This document shows, piece by piece, positions 62,198 through 64,000 of a stretch of DNA of 64,000 nt. Where the stretch lies: positions 224,001 through 288,000 of the forward strand of contig CAWBWI010000004.1 of the NCBI GenBank assembly GCA_963792585.1. Direction: 5' to 3'. The notes under the pieces were generated by a model that ran no database searches, was not told the DNA's origin, and saw nothing but the letters and a program-made list of their open reading frames with translations. Numbering within the stretch: the first letter of the stretch is position 1; every line of letters starts with the position of its first letter. Position numbers and translations under genes: made by a program. The stretch comes from Candidatus Eiseniibacteriota bacterium. GTDB lineage: Bacteria > Eisenbacteria > RBG-16-71-46 > CAIMUX01 > VGJL01.

Positions 62198-64000
62198 TTA
62201 TCTGGCCAAGATCACCCGTCCCGTCTTGGTCCCCTGTGGCGTTACAACCCGGGCAAAGTAGACTCCTGTCGGCACCTCTCGTCCGTTGTCATCTCGTCCG
62301 TCCCATGGGGTCGAGAAGGAACCGGCCGGCAGCTGGCCCTCCACTAGCTGCCGCACAAGGACTCCGGCCGCGTCGAATATCTCAAGGGTGATAGCCGTCG
62401 CTGTGGGCAAGCCATAAAGGATCGAGACTTCTCGGGAGCTAGGATTAGGAGCGGCCGTGAGAGTCAGCGACTCCGCAGTCCGAGATATCGCCTCGATAGC
62501 GGAAGGCGGACACTGGTTGCCCAGACAGAGTGTTCCATCTCCCTGGTAGTTGTTTGGAGGCTGACATCCTTCCTGGGTTGCCTGCCTGCATGTGCCGTCA
62601 ACATAACAGCATGCTCCCGGCCGTGGACACGGATTCGGCTCGCAGGTCGTCCACTCCCCGTGCCAGACGTTGGGAGCGACACACTCAAGGGACGTCGTGA
62701 TTGTGCAGGTCCCGGTCGTGGGGTTGCAGCACGCACCTTGAGGCTGTGGACTGGACAGCTTGGCGACGAACGCGTCGTGATCGCCCCCGTTATACGATGT
62801 GTCGTAGGCTCCCGGCGTCGTGGGGAATGTCGAAGAGGCCAGTCCCGTCAAGACGGGGCATTCAGAAATATCCAGAGCGAGGGCAACGCCTCCGTCCCCG
62901 CCACTTCCCCCCAGGAAAGTGCTAAAGAGAAGTATCGAACCCGTGCCGGAGAGCCTGGCGACGAATGCGTCACTGTAGCCATCGAGCGAGGCGTCGTACG
63001 CCCCCGGCGTCGTCGGGAAGTCCGAAGATACGGTAGAGCCCGTCAGGATTGGTTCTCCTGCTGCATTCAGAGCAAGGGCCGAGGCCCTATCAAGGTTGTT
63101 TCCCCCCAGGAAGGTGCCCCAAAGAAGGCTCGAACCCGTGCTGGAAAGCTTGGCGACGAAGACGTCATAGCCGCCGCCGTTGAATGAGGTGTCGAACGCC
63201 CCCGGCGTCGTGGGGAAGTCAGAAGACCAGGTCAACCCCGTCAGGACGGAGTTTCCTGAAGTGTCCAGCGCGAGAGCATAGCCCTCCTCAACATCGCTCC
63301 CCCCCAGGAAGGTGCTCCAGAGAAGGCTCGAACCTGTGCTGGAAAGCTTGGTGACGAAGGCATCGACGGAGCCGTTGATCGAGGTGTTGTATGCCCCCGC
63401 CGTCGTAGGAAAGTCCGCAGATAAGGCATACCCCATCACGACGGGATTATCTGACGAGTCCGGAACGATCGCATAACCCCGGTCATAGTCGTTCCCTCCT
63501 AGGAAGGTGCTCCAGAGAAGGCTCGAACCCGTGCCAGAAAGCTTGACGACGAACGCGTCGTACAGGCCACCGTTGAATGAGGTGTCGAACGCCCCCGGCG
63601 TCGTGGGGAAGTCGGATGAGTAGGTGTACCCAGTCAGGACAGGGTTTCCAGAAGCGTCCAGAGCGACGGAAAGGGTACAGTCCATATCGCCCCCCCCTAG
63701 TAGGGTGCTCCAGAGAAGGCGCGAACCCGTGCCAGAAAGCTTGGCGACAAACGCATCACTGTGGCCGGCGAGCGAGGCGTCGTACGCCCCCGGCGTCGTG
63801 GGGAAGTCAGAAGACTCGGTTCTACCCGCTAGGACTGGGTCTCCTGAAGTGTCCAGAACGATAGCATCGCCGTCGTCATCGCTGCTTCCCCCCAGGAATG
63901 TGCCCCAGAGAAGCGCGCTCGGATCGTCCCGATCTCCCAGCCCCACATCCTCACCGTCGATCTCCCCAAGTGCTCTCCCCGCCAAGAATCGTCCTTCCCT
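62198..64000 (-). CDS. SBBP-repeat beta-propeller protein with GACC modules and FlgD-Ig CTD (5' partial)
   Basis: Six repeats W[SG]TFLGG...G.T.SSDFPTTPGAYD...DAFVAKLS. Frame open to the window end. Confidence 0.9.
   Translation of the reverse strand, partial: REGRFLAGRALGEIDGEDVGLGDRDDPSALLWGTFLGGSSDDDGDAIVLDTSGDPVLAGRTESSDFPTTPGAYDASLAGHSDAFVAKLSGTGSRLLWSTLLGGGDMDCTLSVALDASGNPVLTGYTYSSDFPTTPGAFDTSFNGGLYDAFVVKLSGTGSSLLWSTFLGGNDYDRGYAIVPDSSDNPVVMGYALSADFPTTAGAYNTSINGSVDAFVTKLSSTGSSLLWSTFLGGSDVEEGYALALDTSGNSVLTGLTWSSDFPTTPGAFDTSFNGGGYDVFVAKLSSTGSSLLWGTFLGGNNLDRASALALNAAGEPILTGSTVSSDFPTTPGAYDASLDGYSDAFVARLSGTGSILLFSTFLGGSGGDGGVALALDISECPVLTGLASSTFPTTPGAYDTSYNGGDHDAFVAKLSSPQPQGACCNPTTGTCTITTSLECVAPNVWHGEWTTCEPNPCPRPGACCYVDGTCRQATQEGCQPPNNYQGDGTLCLGNQCPPSAIEAISRTAESLTLTAAPNPSSREVSILYGLPTATAITLEIFDAAGVLVRQLVEGQLPAGSFSTPWDGRDDNGREVPTGVYFARVVTPQGTKTGRVILAR

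Noticed and set aside
36826..64000. Classical integron cassette array
   Set aside because: No integron integrase in the window, no clear RYYYAAC...GTTRRRY attC boxes, and intergenic gaps are long with their own promoters.

Overview
GC-rich bacterial chromosome segment. The abundance of FlgD-Ig-capped and 'TTWG'-capped exported proteins suggests Candidatus Eisenbacteria or a related FCB-adjacent lineage (inference). 1-5.4 kb: polyphosphate cluster (ppx C-terminus, two tandem thymidylate-kinase-like genes, sixA, CYTH-CHAD, ppk2, DsrE). 5.8-9.6 kb: GT-C membrane glycosyltransferase and a MacB/LolD-type ABC pair. 9.7-17.7 kb: a translationally coupled pair of giant proteins (1231 and 1449 aa) of unknown function. 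18-24.5 kb: perR-katA, a GNAT, ycaQ, and a HAMP-GGDEF/lipoprotein pair. 24.9-64 kb: an island of 14 modular exported proteins (M14 and S8 peptidases, BNR, NHL, RCC1/BLIP-II, SBBP, beta-helix, discoidin and lectin-like domains). They share Cys-rich 'GACC...CxPNPC' linkers and end in one of two mutually exclusive C-terminal tags: a FlgD-Ig/T9SS-CTD-like domain (9 genes) or a short P-[VI]-x-x-TTWG-x-[IV]K-x-x-[YF]R motif (5 genes). Degenerate intergenic repeats and IS481/IS3-like remnants separate the genes. Many single-base frameshifts look like long-read consensus errors. No rRNA, tRNA or CRISPR array was seen.
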